The translations under genes and the position numbers were made by a program. Positions 8,478 to 18,004 of a DNA stretch of 64,000 bases are shown in pieces (within the stretch, counting starts at the first letter, position 1; every line of letters begins with the position of its first letter). The stretch lies in contig OY969917.1 in assembly GCA_963704565.1 (NCBI GenBank), positions 3,003,257-3,067,256 of the forward strand, given 5' to 3'. This stretch comes from an uncultured Pseudomonadota bacterium. Its GTDB lineage: Bacteria; Pseudomonadota; Alphaproteobacteria; Rhizobiales; Beijerinckiaceae. Below the pieces are notes generated by a model. It had not been told where the DNA came from. It did not search any database and was given only the letters and a program-made list of their open reading frames with translations.

Positions 8478-10907
8478 ATGAAATTCACCCTTTCCTGGCT
8501 GAAAGAGCATCTCGACACCGAGGCTTCGCTGGAGAATATCGTCGAGACCCTGACCCGCATCGGGCTGGAGGTCGAACGCGTCGATAATCCGGCTGAAACG
8601 CTCGGCGTGTTCAAAATCGCCGAAATTCTTTCCGCCGCGCCCCATCCCAACGCCGACCGGCTGCAGGTCTGTCAAGTGAACGCGGGCGAGGGCGCGCCCC
8701 TCCAGGTGGTCTGCGGCGCGCCCAACGCGCGGACCGGGCTGAAAACCGTGTTCGCGCCGCCCGGCGCGTATATTCCGGCCAAGAATTTCACCTTGTCCAA
8801 GGGCGTGATCCGCGGCGTCGAATCCGCCGGCATGATGTGTTCGCCGGAAGAACTCGGGCTTGAGGGCGATTCCTCCGGCATTTTCGAGCTTGCCGCCGAC
8901 GCGCCGGTCGGCGCGGCCTATGCGGCTTTCGCCGGGCTCGACGATCCTAGAATCGAGATCAACCTCACCCCCAACCGTTCGGACGCCGCGAGCGTTTACG
9001 GCATCGCCCGCGACCTTGCCGCCGCCGGCCTCGGCCGGCTGAAAAGCGCCGGCGTCGCGCCGGTCGCCGGCAAGTTCCCCTGTCCGGTCGGGGTGAAGCT
9101 GGATTTCGCGCCGGGCGACGGGCGCCTGGCGCCGATCTTCGCCTTGCGGCTGGTGCGCGGCGTGAAGAACGGCCCGAGCCCGGAATGGCTGCGGAAAAGG
9201 CTGAGAAGCATCGGCCTGCGCCCGATCAACGCGCTGGTGGACATCACCAATTTCTTCACCTTCGATCGCGGCCGTCCGCTCCATGTCTTCGACGCCGGCA
9301 AGGTCGCGGGCGATCTTGTGGTGCGCCGCGCCAAGGCCGGAGAAAGCCTGCTGGCGCTCGACGGACGGACCTACGCGCTCGATGAACACGCGGTGGTCAT
9401 ATGTGACCACCATGGTGTCGAATTGCTCGCCGGGATCATGGGTGGCGAAGCTTCGGGCTGCGACGACAACACCACCGACGTGCTGATCGAATTGGCCATG
9501 TGGGACCCGAACAATATCGCCCAGACCGGCAGAAAGCTCGGCATTGTCTCGGATGCGCGCTATCGTTTCGAGCGCGGCGTCGATCCCGCCTTCGTCCTGC
9601 CCGGCCTCGAACTGGCGACCGAACTGGTTCTCGACCTCTGCGGCGGCGAGGCTTCGGACGTCGTCGTCGCCGGCCGCGTCCCGGACCCGCCCGCCGGCAT
9701 TTCCTTCCCCTTGAGCGAGGTCGAGCGCCTGACCGGCCTCAAGCTCGGCGCCAGCGAAATGGTCGGGGCGCTGGAAAAGCTCGGCTTTTCGGTCGCGGGG
9801 CAGATTTCCAATTTCGGCCATGTCCATGTCCGCGCGCCGAGCTGGCGCCCCGATATCGAGGGCAAGGCCGATCTGGTCGAGGAAATCGTTCGCATCGCCG
9901 GACTCGACCGCATCGCTTCGGTTGCGCTGTCCCGCGACGGCGCGGTCGCGGGGCCGATTCTGACCCTGTTGCAGCGGCGCGTGCGCGCCGCGCGCCGGGC
10001 GCTCGCCGCGCGCGGCATGGTCGAGGCGGTCACCTGGTCCTTCGTCGGCAAAGCCGAGGCCGAAATTTTCGGCGGCGGCGCGCCGGAGCTGGCGCTGGCT
10101 AATCCCATCGCCGCCGATCTTTCCGACATGCGGCCGAGCCTGCTGCCCGGCCTGATCAAAGGCGCCAAGACCAATGCCGCGCGCGGTTTTGGCGATGTCG
10201 CTTTGTTCGAGGTCGGCCAGATTTTCAGAACCGACGAGGCGGACGGCCAATATGCCGCCGCCGCCGGCCTGCGCCGGGGAACCGCGAAGCCTTGCGGCGC
10301 GGGGCGCCATTGGAGCGACAAGGCGCCGCCGGTCGATGTGTTCGACGCCAAGGCCGACGTTCTGGCGCTGCTGTCGGCGCTGGGCGTCGCGGCGAGCGGC
10401 GTGCAGATCGTCCCCGGCGGGCCTGATTTTCTGCATCCGGGGCGCTCCGCCACGCTCCAGTTCGGCCCGCGCCACAGCGTCGGCTGGTTCGGCGAGCTGC
10501 ATCCGAAAACCCTGGAGGCGTTCGACGCGCCCGGCCCGATCATCGCCTTCGAACTGCTGCTCGATCTGCTGCCGCCACCGAAGCCGAAGCCGACCAAGGC
10601 GAAGCCGAAACTGGAATTGTCCGATTTCCAGCCGGTCGAGCGCGATTTCGCCTTCATCGTGGACAAGAATGTCAAAGCAGCCGATCTGATCAAGGCGGCT
10701 CAGGGCGCGGACCGGACCCTGATCGTTCAGGTCGGGGTGTTCGATCTCTATGAGGGGCCGGGCGTTCCCGAGGGCAGGAAGTCGATCGCCTTGAACGTCA
10801 CCCTCCAGCCGCGCGACAAGACGCTGACCGACGCCGAGATCGAGGCGGTCGCGGCCAAGGTCGTCGCGGAGGCGGGCAAAAAGACCGGCGCCGTCCTGCG
10901 CGGGTGA
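8478..10907 (+). CDS. pheT: phenylalanine--tRNA ligase beta subunit
   Basis: [14 protein letters not shown] is a canonical PheT N-terminus. AAGGAAAG RBS is present, the product is 809 aa, and B3/4, B5 and FDX-ACB-like regions are collinear. Confidence 0.96.
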   Translation: MKFTLSWLKEHLDTEASLENIVETLTRIGLEVERVDNPAETLGVFKIAEILSAAPHPNADRLQVCQVNAGEGAPLQVVCGAPNARTGLKTVFAPPGAYIPAKNFTLSKGVIRGVESAGMMCSPEELGLEGDSSGIFELAADAPVGAAYAAFAGLDDPRIEINLTPNRSDAASVYGIARDLAAAGLGRLKSAGVAPVAGKFPCPVGVKLDFAPGDGRLAPIFALRLVRGVKNGPSPEWLRKRLRSIGLRPINALVDITNFFTFDRGRPLHVFDAGKVAGDLVVRRAKAGESLLALDGRTYALDEHAVVICDHHGVELLAGIMGGEASGCDDNTTDVLIELAMWDPNNIAQTGRKLGIVSDARYRFERGVDPAFVLPGLELATELVLDLCGGEASDVVVAGRVPDPPAGISFPLSEVERLTGLKLGASEMVGALEKLGFSVAGQISNFGHVHVRAPSWRPDIEGKADLVEEIVRIAGLDRIASVALSRDGAVAGPILTLLQRRVRAARRALAARGMVEAVTWSFVGKAEAEIFGGGAPELALANPIAADLSDMRPSLLPGLIKGAKTNAARGFGDVALFEVGQIFRTDEADGQYAAAAGLRRGTAKPCGAGRHWSDKAPPVDVFDAKADVLALLSALGVAASGVQIVPGGPDFLHPGRSATLQFGPRHSVGWFGELHPKTLEAFDAPGPIIAFELLLDLLPPPKPKPTKAKPKLELSDFQPVERDFAFIVDKNVKAADLIKAAQGADRTLIVQVGVFDLYEGPGVPEGRKSIALNVTLQPRDKTLTDAEIEAVAAKVVAEAGKKTGAVLRG

Positions 10908-10937
10908 TTTTCCGCGCAGTCGTCGGAGGAAGGGGCC

Positions 10938-11702
10938 ATGGCGCAAGGATTCTGCTGGGTCGAACTGCTGACGAGCGACGTCGAGGCGGCGCAGGCCTTT
11001 TATGACGCCGTTTTCGGCTGGACCTGCGCGGCGCGCGGCCATGCGGCGCGCGACTATCGGGTGTTCTTCCACGAGGGCGATGCGACCGCCGGTCTGCTGA
11101 AGCTCCCTGAAGAAGCCAAGGCGCAGGGCGCGCGGCCGGCCTGGATAGGCTATGTTGCTTCCCCCGATGTGGACGCCGAATTCGGCGCTATCGTCGCAGC
11201 GGGCGGCCGAATGCATAGGGCGCCGGAAACCCTGGAAAAGATCGGCCGTTTCGCGGTGGTGGCCGACCCGCAGGGCGCGGCTTTCGCGCTCTGGACCGAT
11301 TTGACCGGCGCAAAGGCGCGGGATCTGCCGCCCATGACGGTCGGGCATGTCGGCTGGCATGAACTGTTCTGCGACGATGTCGAGCAGGCTTTCGCCTTCT
11401 ATTCCAAGCGGTTTGGCTGGACCAGGGGCGACGCCCTGGATATGGGGCCGATGGGGGTCTATCAGCTTTTCGCCACCGGCGCCGCGCCGGTGGGCGGCAT
11501 GATGAAGCGTCCGCCGAACATGCCACAGCCGTTCTGGAACCATTATTTCACCGTCGCCGCGCTCGACCCGACCTTGGAAAAGGCAGCTCACGCCGGCGGA
11601 CAAATCGTTCACGGGCCGGCTGAAGTCCCCGGCGGCGCCTGGATCGCACAATGTTTCGATCCGCAGGGCGCGTTTTTCTCGCTGGTCGCGGCGCAACGCT
11701 GA
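10938..11702 (+). CDS. VOC (glyoxalase/bleomycin-resistance fold) family protein, two tandem domains
   Basis: Two repeats of the W.EL...D...A..FY..VFGW / ...D.QGA.F.L pattern typical of VOC-fold proteins. Confidence 0.75.
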   Translation: MAQGFCWVELLTSDVEAAQAFYDAVFGWTCAARGHAARDYRVFFHEGDATAGLLKLPEEAKAQGARPAWIGYVASPDVDAEFGAIVAAGGRMHRAPETLEKIGRFAVVADPQGAAFALWTDLTGAKARDLPPMTVGHVGWHELFCDDVEQAFAFYSKRFGWTRGDALDMGPMGVYQLFATGAAPVGGMMKRPPNMPQPFWNHYFTVAALDPTLEKAAHAGGQIVHGPAEVPGGAWIAQCFDPQGAFFSLVAAQR

Positions 11703-11980
11703 TGGCTCGTCTCGCCTTCGCCCTTCTGCTGCTCGCCGCCGCCTCGCTTTCCGCGCTGGCGGCGGGCGACCCTTGCGCGAAAATCAAGGACGCCGACGCC
11801 TATAATTCCTGTCTCGCGGCGTCGGGACCGGTGTTCCACGAAGGCCGCTTCAAGCCGGCGCCACAAGCGGCGCGCGAAAAACATCGGCGCGGGAGATCGT
11901 ATCGCGCGGCGGCGTCGCGAAAAGGCGGCAGGCGTCATTCCCATGGCCGGGTGCGGATTACCATCGACCCCGGCCAATGA
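11702..11980 (+). CDS. small secreted basic protein (hypothetical)
   Basis: ATG 11702 overlaps the VOC stop as ATGA. The signal peptide is MARLAFALLLLAAASLSALA followed by an Arg/Lys-rich C-terminus. The product is 92 aa. Confidence 0.5.
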   Translation: MARLAFALLLLAAASLSALAAGDPCAKIKDADAYNSCLAASGPVFHEGRFKPAPQAAREKHRRGRSYRAAASRKGGRRHSHGRVRITIDPGQ

Positions 11981-11987
11981 TCGACGT

Positions 11988-12437
11988 TTACAGCGCGCCC
12001 GACCTGTCGAGCCGCTCCAGGGCCGCGGAATCGGGGTATTCGGAAAATTCGACCACCAGGCCGTCGCGGAAACGGATGAAGTCGCAAACGTCGAGCGAGA
12101 CGACCTGCCCTGTGCCGCGATTGCGCAATTGCGAGGTGCGATGCAATGCCGCGCGGTCGCCGTCGATCACCAGTTCGTGGAGGATCGAGCCGAGATTTTC
12201 ATACATCATTTCGATCGTCGCCAGCATCTGAGCGACGACGGCCTTGCCGCGCGCGGGACGGGAAAAGGGATAGAGCGTCCAGTTTCCGCGAACATCATAT
12301 GAAATGTCCTCCGCCGCATATTCCAGAATCCCGGGGACGTCGCCCGCCGCGCGCCGCTCAAAAACGGTTCTTACGCGATGTTCGATCAGTTCGCGGTCCA
12401 GAACGCCAAGTTTGCGAATATATTGCTCGCTCTGCAT
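11988..12437 (-). CDS. NTF2/SnoaL-like fold protein (paralog 2 of a tandem pair)
   Basis: 149 aa. Roughly half its residues match the adjacent 146-aa ORF by eye (MQSE..RKLG.LDR.LIE.RV, AAEDIS.D.RGNW, LVIDGDR, RNRG.G, DFIRFRDGL.VEF). Confidence 0.7.
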   Translation of the reverse strand: MQSEQYIRKLGVLDRELIEHRVRTVFERRAAGDVPGILEYAAEDISYDVRGNWTLYPFSRPARGKAVVAQMLATIEMMYENLGSILHELVIDGDRAALHRTSQLRNRGTGQVVSLDVCDFIRFRDGLVVEFSEYPDSAALERLDRSGAL

Positions 12438-12878
12438 TCAGCCCTCTTGCGGTCCCGACAGCACCGCCCAGTCGGCGATTTCGGTGAATTCGACGATCAG
12501 GCCGTCGCGGAATCGGATGAAATCGGCGACGTCCACCTCAGCGATTTTGCCGCTTCCGCGATTGCGAAGTCTCGCAGTGCGACGAACCGCGACGCGGTCG
12601 CCGTCGATCACCAGATCGTTCACGATCGATCCAAGGCTCTCGAACTGGACGATGATCGTGATCAGGGCTTGGGCCAGCGCTATCTTGCCGTGAACCGGCT
12701 TGGAATAGGGGAAGGCGGTCCAGTTTCCCCGGAGATCGAAAGAAATGTCCTCCGCCGCAAGCTCAACCAATCCGCGCCAATCGCCTTGGACGCGCAGATC
12801 AATCGCCCTGTGGACGCGCTGTTCGATCAAATCGCGATCCAGCTCGCCGAGTTTGCGCAGGGCCTTCTCGCTTTGCAC
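12438..12878 (-). CDS. NTF2/SnoaL-like fold protein (paralog 1 of a tandem pair)
   Basis: 146 aa. Its TGA (12438-12440) directly abuts the ATG of the next paralog (12437). It starts 14 nt downstream of the fumA stop. Confidence 0.7.
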   Translation of the reverse strand: MQSEKALRKLGELDRDLIEQRVHRAIDLRVQGDWRGLVELAAEDISFDLRGNWTAFPYSKPVHGKIALAQALITIIVQFESLGSIVNDLVIDGDRVAVRRTARLRNRGSGKIAEVDVADFIRFRDGLIVEFTEIADWAVLSGPQEG

Positions 12879-12892
12879 CAGTTTCTCCGATC

Positions 12893-14509
12893 TCAGCTCA
12901 GATTCAGCTCCTTGAAGAAATCATTACCCTTATCATCGACGACAATAAAGGCCGGAAAATTCTCGACCTCGATCTTCCAGATCGCCTCCATGCCAAGTTC
13001 TGGATATTCGAGCAGCTCTACCTTTTTGATGCAGTCCTGGGCGAGGCGCGCCGCCGGGCCGCCGATCGAGCCGAGATAGAAGCCGCCATGCTTCTTGCAG
13101 GCTTCGGTGACGGCGCCTGAACGATTGCCCTTGGCGAGCATGACCATCGAGCCGCCATGCGACTGAAACAGATCGACATAGGCGTCCATGCGCCCGGCGG
13201 TGGTCGGGCCGAACGAGCCCGAGGCATAGCCCGCCGGCGTCTTGGCCGGGCCGGCGTAATAGATCGGATGATTTCTGAAATGTTCCGGCATGGGCTCGCC
13301 CGCCTCCAGCCGCTCGCGGATCCTGGCGTGGGCGAGGTCGCGCGCGACCACGATGGTTCCGGTCAGCGACAGCCGGGTCTTGACCGGATATTGGGTCAGG
13401 GTGGCCAGAATGTCCTTCATCGGCCGGTTGAGATCGATCCTGACCACCGGACCGCCCAGCGTCGCCTCGTCGACATGCGGCAGGAATCGCGCCGGATCGT
13501 GCTCCAATTGCTCGATGAACACGCCGTCCCTGGTGATCTTGCCCAAGGCCTGACGGTCGGCCGAGCAGGACACGCCAATGCCGATCGGCAGCGAGGCGCC
13601 ATGGCGGGGCAGGCGGATCACCCGCACGTCATGGCAGAAATATTTGCCGCCGAATTGCGCGCCGACGCCCAGATCCTGGGTCAGCTTGTGGACTTCCGCC
13701 TCCAGATTGAGGTCGCGGAAGGCGTGGCCGTCCTCGCCGCCCTCGGTCGGCAGGCTGTCGAGATAACGGGCCGAGGCGAGCTTGACCGCCTTCAGGTTCA
13801 GCTCGGCCGACAGGCCGCCGATGACGATGGCGAGGTGATAGGGCGGGCAGGCGGCGGTGCCGAGCGCCAGAATCTGCTTTTTCAGCACCTCCAGCAGCCG
13901 GTCGTGGGTCAGCATGGAGGGCGTTCCCTGGACCAGATAGGTCTTGTTGGCCGAGCCGCCGCCCTTGGCCATGAACAGGAATTTGTAAGAATCCTCGCCC
14001 TCCTCGAAAATGTCGATCTGGGCGGGAAGATTGGTTCGCGTGTTTTTCTCCTCGAACATGGAGAGCGCCGCGAGCTGCGAGTAGCGCAGGTTCTTCTTCT
14101 CATAGGCGTCCTTGACGCCCTGCGACAAAGCCGCCTCGTCGCCGCCCCGTGTGAAGACGCGGCGGCCCTTCTTGCCCATGACGATCGCAGTGCCGGTGTC
14201 CTGGCACATCGGCAGCACGCCGCCGGCGGCGATATTGGCGTTTTTCAACAGATCGAAGGCGACGAATTTGTCGTTGGAGGTCGCTTCCGGATCATCGAGG
14301 ATTTTTCTGAGCTGGGCGAGATGGCCGGGGCGCAGCAGATGGTTGATGTCGGCCATCGCGTTTTCCGCCAGCAGGCGCAAGGCCTCGGGCTCGACCACCA
14401 GAATCTCCTCGCCCTCGAACTTTTCCACCCGCACGCCCTTGTCCGAAAGCTTGCGATAGAGCGTCTCGTCTTTGCCGAGGGGGAAAAGCGGAGCGTAGGA
14501 AACGGTCAT
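12893..14509 (-). CDS. fumA: class I (Fe-S) fumarate hydratase
   Basis: Internal ATG 14509 ([18 protein letters not shown]...). It is collinear over its full length with E. coli FumA by eye ([63 protein letters not shown]). Confidence 0.95.
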   Translation of the reverse strand: MTVSYAPLFPLGKDETLYRKLSDKGVRVEKFEGEEILVVEPEALRLLAENAMADINHLLRPGHLAQLRKILDDPEATSNDKFVAFDLLKNANIAAGGVLPMCQDTGTAIVMGKKGRRVFTRGGDEAALSQGVKDAYEKKNLRYSQLAALSMFEEKNTRTNLPAQIDIFEEGEDSYKFLFMAKGGGSANKTYLVQGTPSMLTHDRLLEVLKKQILALGTAACPPYHLAIVIGGLSAELNLKAVKLASARYLDSLPTEGGEDGHAFRDLNLEAEVHKLTQDLGVGAQFGGKYFCHDVRVIRLPRHGASLPIGIGVSCSADRQALGKITRDGVFIEQLEHDPARFLPHVDEATLGGPVVRIDLNRPMKDILATLTQYPVKTRLSLTGTIVVARDLAHARIRERLEAGEPMPEHFRNHPIYYAGPAKTPAGYASGSFGPTTAGRMDAYVDLFQSHGGSMVMLAKGNRSGAVTEACKKHGGFYLGSIGGPAARLAQDCIKKVELLEYPELGMEAIWKIEVENFPAFIVVDDKGNDFFKELNLS

Positions 14510-14681
14510 GGCGGCGGTCCCGTGAATCTTGAGATTGAAGCGTCTTAGTCTTTCGGAATCGTCATTCCAAGTTGGCGATTCGGGGAAGCTTGCCCGCCGG
14601 CTGGGAACCTTTTCCAATTTTCGCGCGTTCAATCTTGGCGCGAATCGGCTCCTCGCGCGCGAAAAAAAAAGGAGGGGGCTC

Positions 14682-14909
14682 ATGAAAAAGCGGAACCTTG
14701 CCTTGGCGGTCGCCGCGATAATGGTCGTCGCGCCGATGGGCTGGAGCGCCAACGCCCAGAGCACGCGGGCGGCGGGCGATATCGGCGCTCAGACCCAGAA
14801 TTTCACACCGATCCATAAAACGGCCTGCGGGCCGCGTTGGGGGCGCTGGTGCGGTCCGTTCCATCGCCGGGTCTGCGGCCGGTGGCGTTGCTGGTGCGCC
14901 CGCTGCTGA
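14682..14909 (+). CDS. small secreted Cys/Trp/Arg-rich peptide (75 aa precursor)
   Basis: A strong RBS AAGGAGGGGG lies 5 nt before ATG 14682. The Sec-type signal peptide is [25 protein letters not shown]. The C-terminus is [28 protein letters not shown], with 6 Cys. Confidence 0.65.
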   Translation: MKKRNLALAVAAIMVVAPMGWSANAQSTRAAGDIGAQTQNFTPIHKTACGPRWGRWCGPFHRRVCGRWRCWCARC

Positions 14910-14910
14910 A

Positions 14911-14970
14911 CAAGAGGGCGAAAGGCGTTCCAAGAGGGCGAATGGCGTTCCAAGAGGCCGGGCGGCGTGG
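14911..14970. repeat. 20-bp direct repeat, about 2.5-3 units
   Basis: The units are CAAGAGGGCGAAAGGCGTTC (14911-14930), CAAGAGGGCGAATGGCGTTC (14931-14950) and a degenerate third unit CAAGAGGCCGGGCGGCGTGG. They lie between the convergent peptide gene and vsr. Confidence 0.8.
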
Positions 14971-14981
14971 GGGTGTGAGAG

Positions 14982-15380
14982 TCATTCCTGCGTCGTCGTC
15001 ATGAAGGCGCGGAGCCTTTCCGCCAACGCCGCCTCGTCGCGGGTCTCGCATTCCCAGATCGTCAGCGCGTCCCAGCCCAATTCGGCATAGGCCGCGCGAT
15101 GCCGTTCGTCCCGCGCCCGGTTGCGGGCGATTTTCGCTCGCCAATATTCGGCATTGGCCTTGGGCATACGCGCGCCGCGCTTGCAGTCATGGCCATGCCA
15201 GAAGCAACCATGGACGAAAATCACCTTTTTCCGACCGATAAAGGCGATGTCGGGCGCGCCGGGAAGATCGCGGCGGCACAGGCGGTAGCCGGTCGCAATG
15301 CCGCGGAGAACTTTCCGCACCGCGCGCTCCGGCGTCGTGTCGCGCCCCTTGACCGCGCGCATGACTTCGGAACGCTCCAT
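14982..15380 (-). CDS. vsr: very-short-patch repair endonuclease
   Basis: SEVMRAVKGRDTTPE, PGAPDIAF and IFVHGCFWHGHDC are collinear with E. coli Vsr (TRSKNMRAI..RDT, FTHGCFWHHH). It begins 8 nt after the upstream gene's stop. Confidence 0.88.
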   Translation of the reverse strand: MERSEVMRAVKGRDTTPERAVRKVLRGIATGYRLCRRDLPGAPDIAFIGRKKVIFVHGCFWHGHDCKRGARMPKANAEYWRAKIARNRARDERHRAAYAELGWDALTIWECETRDEAALAERLRAFMTTTQE

Positions 15381-15387
15381 CGCGCCG

Positions 15388-15711
15388 TCACCCCTTGGGC
15401 GGCGGCAAGAATAGCATGTCCTCGGTTTTTTTCGCCATCAGGCCTTTGGCCTTTTCCGCGATGATCGCCAGAATCCAGGGCAGGTCGAGGAAGACGCGCA
15501 CGCAATCGGGCAGGAAGTCGAAGGCGCCTTTGAGCGAGTGGCCCATGGCGTTGAACGTGAAATCCGCGTGCGTGTCCTGCCATTCGACGTCGGCGAAGGA
15601 AAGCTGTTCGCCAAATTTCGCCTTCATGGCCTCGATGCCGGCCTGGACCCGCCTTTTGGCTTCCTCGGCGCCCAGCCGGTGCTTCACATCGACGCTGACA
15701 ATCTGACCCAT
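15388..15711 (-). CDS. putative polyhydroxyalkanoic-acid system protein (PHA_gran_rgn type)
   Basis: About 107 aa, lying just downstream of phaZ. Its pattern (...VDVKHRLGAEEAKRRV...W.D....F.F...G....G) matches my memory of the TIGR02610-type family. The start is chosen at ATG 15711, with alternatives at 15726 and 15741. Confidence 0.6.
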   Translation of the reverse strand: MGQIVSVDVKHRLGAEEAKRRVQAGIEAMKAKFGEQLSFADVEWQDTHADFTFNAMGHSLKGAFDFLPDCVRVFLDLPWILAIIAEKAKGLMAKKTEDMLFLPPPKG

Positions 15712-15801
15712 TCCACGGCTCCCCATCGCAAGGATCGGCAAGGAGGTAATGGCCTTCAGGCAAAAAAGCCAGCGGCGGGCCGAATGATTCGCGCGCGAAG
15801 C

Positions 15802-17019
15802 TCAGTCGTTTTGCAAAATCATGTTGCGCAGGATGGGATAGACTTGGCCTTCCCATTTCTTCCCGCTGAACACGCCATAATGGCCAACGCCGGGCTGAAG
15901 GTGATGACGCTTGCGAAAAGGCTTCAGACTCGGCGTGAGGTCATGCGCCGTCATGGTCTGGCCGACCGAACAAATGTCGTCGCGTTCGCCTTCCACAGTG
16001 AGCAGCGCGGTGCGGCGGATCGCTTTCGGATTGACCTTGCGTCCGCGGAACTTCATCTGGCCAAGCGGCAAAAGGTGCTCCTGGAACACCCATTGCACGG
16101 TTTCGAGATAGAATTCCGCCGGCAGGTCGAGAACCGCGAAATATTCGTCATAAAAAGCCTTGGCCTGGCTGGCCTTTTCCCTGTCGCCGCCGGCCAGATT
16201 GTGGAACATCTCGACATGCGCCCTGATGTGGCGGTCCATGTTCATCGCCATGAAGGCGGAGAGCTGGACGAAGCCCGGATAGACACGCCGCCGCGCGCCC
16301 TTGAAGCACAAAGGCACGCGGGCGATCAGATTGCGCTCGAACCAGGCGATCGGCTTTTCCTTGGCGAGATCGTTGACCTTGGTCGGGCTGATCCTGGTGT
16401 CGATCGGCCCCGCCATCAGGGTCATCGAGGCGGGGGCGGCCGGATTGTCGTCCTCGCCCATGATCGCGGCCGCCGCCAGCGTCTGGACGCAGGGCTGGCA
16501 CACGGCGACCACATGGGCGCCGGGCCCGAGATGTTCCAGAAACTGGATGATATGGGCGACATAATCGTCGAAGCCGAAGCCTCCGTCGGCGAGGCTGACG
16601 TCGCGGGCGTTGCGCCAGTCGGTGATATAGACGTCGTGATCGCGCAGCAAGGTCAGCACGGTGGAGCGCAGCAGGGTGGCGAAATGGCCCGACAGCGGCG
16701 CGATCACCAGGACGCGCGGCTGCTGGACCGAAATGTCTTTCTTGAAATGGAGCAAAACGGCGAAGGGTGTGGAGGCCGCCTCCTCCTCGGTGACCGCGAC
16801 CATCTCGTCGCCGACGGCAACCGCCTTGATTGCATAGGGCGGGCGGGCATGGGTCAAGCCCGCGCGGTCGATCATCTCATAGGCGGCGGAAAGATTGCGG
16901 ATGAGGATATTTTCGTTGAAGGCGGGAAAAGAGCCGTCGAGAACCTCCAAGGCGAGGCGCGCCAGGGCCTTGACAGGCGCCATCAGATCCGAATGGGTTT
17001 GATAGGCTTGATAAAGCAT
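15802..17019 (-). CDS. phaZ: intracellular polyhydroxyalkanoate (PHB) depolymerase
   Basis: MLYQAYQTHSDLMAPVKA is an N-terminus characteristic of intracellular PhaZ (TIGR01849 type). The product is 405 aa. Confidence 0.88.
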   Translation of the reverse strand: MLYQAYQTHSDLMAPVKALARLALEVLDGSFPAFNENILIRNLSAAYEMIDRAGLTHARPPYAIKAVAVGDEMVAVTEEEAASTPFAVLLHFKKDISVQQPRVLVIAPLSGHFATLLRSTVLTLLRDHDVYITDWRNARDVSLADGGFGFDDYVAHIIQFLEHLGPGAHVVAVCQPCVQTLAAAAIMGEDDNPAAPASMTLMAGPIDTRISPTKVNDLAKEKPIAWFERNLIARVPLCFKGARRRVYPGFVQLSAFMAMNMDRHIRAHVEMFHNLAGGDREKASQAKAFYDEYFAVLDLPAEFYLETVQWVFQEHLLPLGQMKFRGRKVNPKAIRRTALLTVEGERDDICSVGQTMTAHDLTPSLKPFRKRHHLQPGVGHYGVFSGKKWEGQVYPILRNMILQND

Positions 17020-17270
17020 TCCCCACGCACCGATCCCGGTTTGGCCGCTCTCGCCATCGCGCCAGACGTCAATCTGAAAAAGCTACGACAAAAACATGCT
17101 CGCACACAATTTGCTAAACGTCTAAGCGCAAATGTTTCAAAAGTGACATTGCCAAAAAATCGTTCTGTTTCGGTGATTTGTGCCTAAAAGCACGGCGCCG
17201 GGGCCAAAAAATGCGCGTTGCGGTCACACCTTTAAATGAGTTAACTTGGACCGGATCGGGAGCGAGCAAG

Positions 17271-17927
17271 ATGGCCAAGGCGGCGCTGACCATAAGCAGC
17301 AAGAACTACTCGTCCTGGTCATTGCGCGGTTGGCTGTTGTGCAAAATGGCGGGACTCGATTTCGAGGAAAGGCGTTTGTCGATCGACGATCCGGACACCC
17401 GCGCCGAACTGCTGCTGCTTTCGCCCTCTTTCCTGACCCCGGCGCTCGAGCATAACGGCCAGCATGTCTGGGACACCCTCGCCATTGCGGAATATCTCGC
17501 CGAGACCTTTCCCAAGGCGCTGATCCTGCCGAAGGATATCGCCGCGCGCACGCACAACCGCTCGGTTTCCGGCGAAATGCACTCGGGCTTCAGCAATCTG
17601 CGCTCCGCCCTGCCGATGAACATCAAGGCGCATTTCCCCAATTTTCGGGTCTGGTCGGGCGCCAAGCCGGACATTGACCGGGTCTGCGCGATCTGGCGCG
17701 ACTGCCTCAGCCGCTACGGCGGGCCGTTCCTGTTCGGCAAGCGCCCGAGCCTCGCCGACGCCATGTATGCTCCCGTCTGCTCGCGTTTCGCGACCTATGA
17801 CGTGGCGCTGGATTCCGAATGCGCCGCCTTTCGCGACCACATCCTGAACTGGGAGCCGATGGTCGAATGGTCCGAAGCCGCCAAGGCCGAACCCGACGAG
17901 TTGGAAGAACTCGACGTGGAGTTTTAG
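17271..17927 (+). CDS. glutathione S-transferase family protein
   Basis: ATG 17271 follows GGGAGCGAG. SKNYSSWSLRGWLL...SP..L.P.L is a GST N-domain, and the C-domain has FLFGK.PSLADA. Confidence 0.85.
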   Translation: MAKAALTISSKNYSSWSLRGWLLCKMAGLDFEERRLSIDDPDTRAELLLLSPSFLTPALEHNGQHVWDTLAIAEYLAETFPKALILPKDIAARTHNRSVSGEMHSGFSNLRSALPMNIKAHFPNFRVWSGAKPDIDRVCAIWRDCLSRYGGPFLFGKRPSLADAMYAPVCSRFATYDVALDSECAAFRDHILNWEPMVEWSEAAKAEPDELEELDVEF

Positions 17928-18004
17928 AGCCTTTTCCGACCATATTGGCGCAATCTGTTCGCTTTCGGCGGACGCCCGGTGCGGCGCGCGCCTCGACCGC
18001 ATGT

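Noticed and set aside
8379-11696. Very long (1105 aa) minus-strand ORF. Similar long ORFs occur at 28370-30433(+), 26575-28242(+), 36011-38170(+), 40205-41899(+), 42719-44632(+), 58076-59734(+), 59900-61762(+), 13157-14548(+), 15538-17187(+) and 6782-8044(-).
   Set aside because: Each lies exactly antisense to a gene with unmistakable homology (pheT, cysK, hrcA, metK, corC, miaB, rpsA, serA, fumA, phaZ, pheS). Their products are low-complexity Arg/Gly/Ala/Asp-rich strings, the typical shadow ORFs of high-GC DNA where stop codons are rare.
14911-14970. Whether the 20-bp repeats here and the 14-bp repeats at 45234-45284 are a miniature CRISPR array.
   Set aside because: The units are directly tandem with no unique spacers, there are only 2.5-3.5 copies, they are not palindromic, and no cas genes exist in the window.
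17020-17270. A/T-rich phaZ / GST divergent region, with short dyads (GTGC-CTAAAA-GCAC, GCAAATGT...ACATTGC) considered as a PhaR operator.
   Set aside because: The dyads are short and imperfect and do not match the PhaR site sequences I can recall. There is not enough evidence to annotate a specific site.
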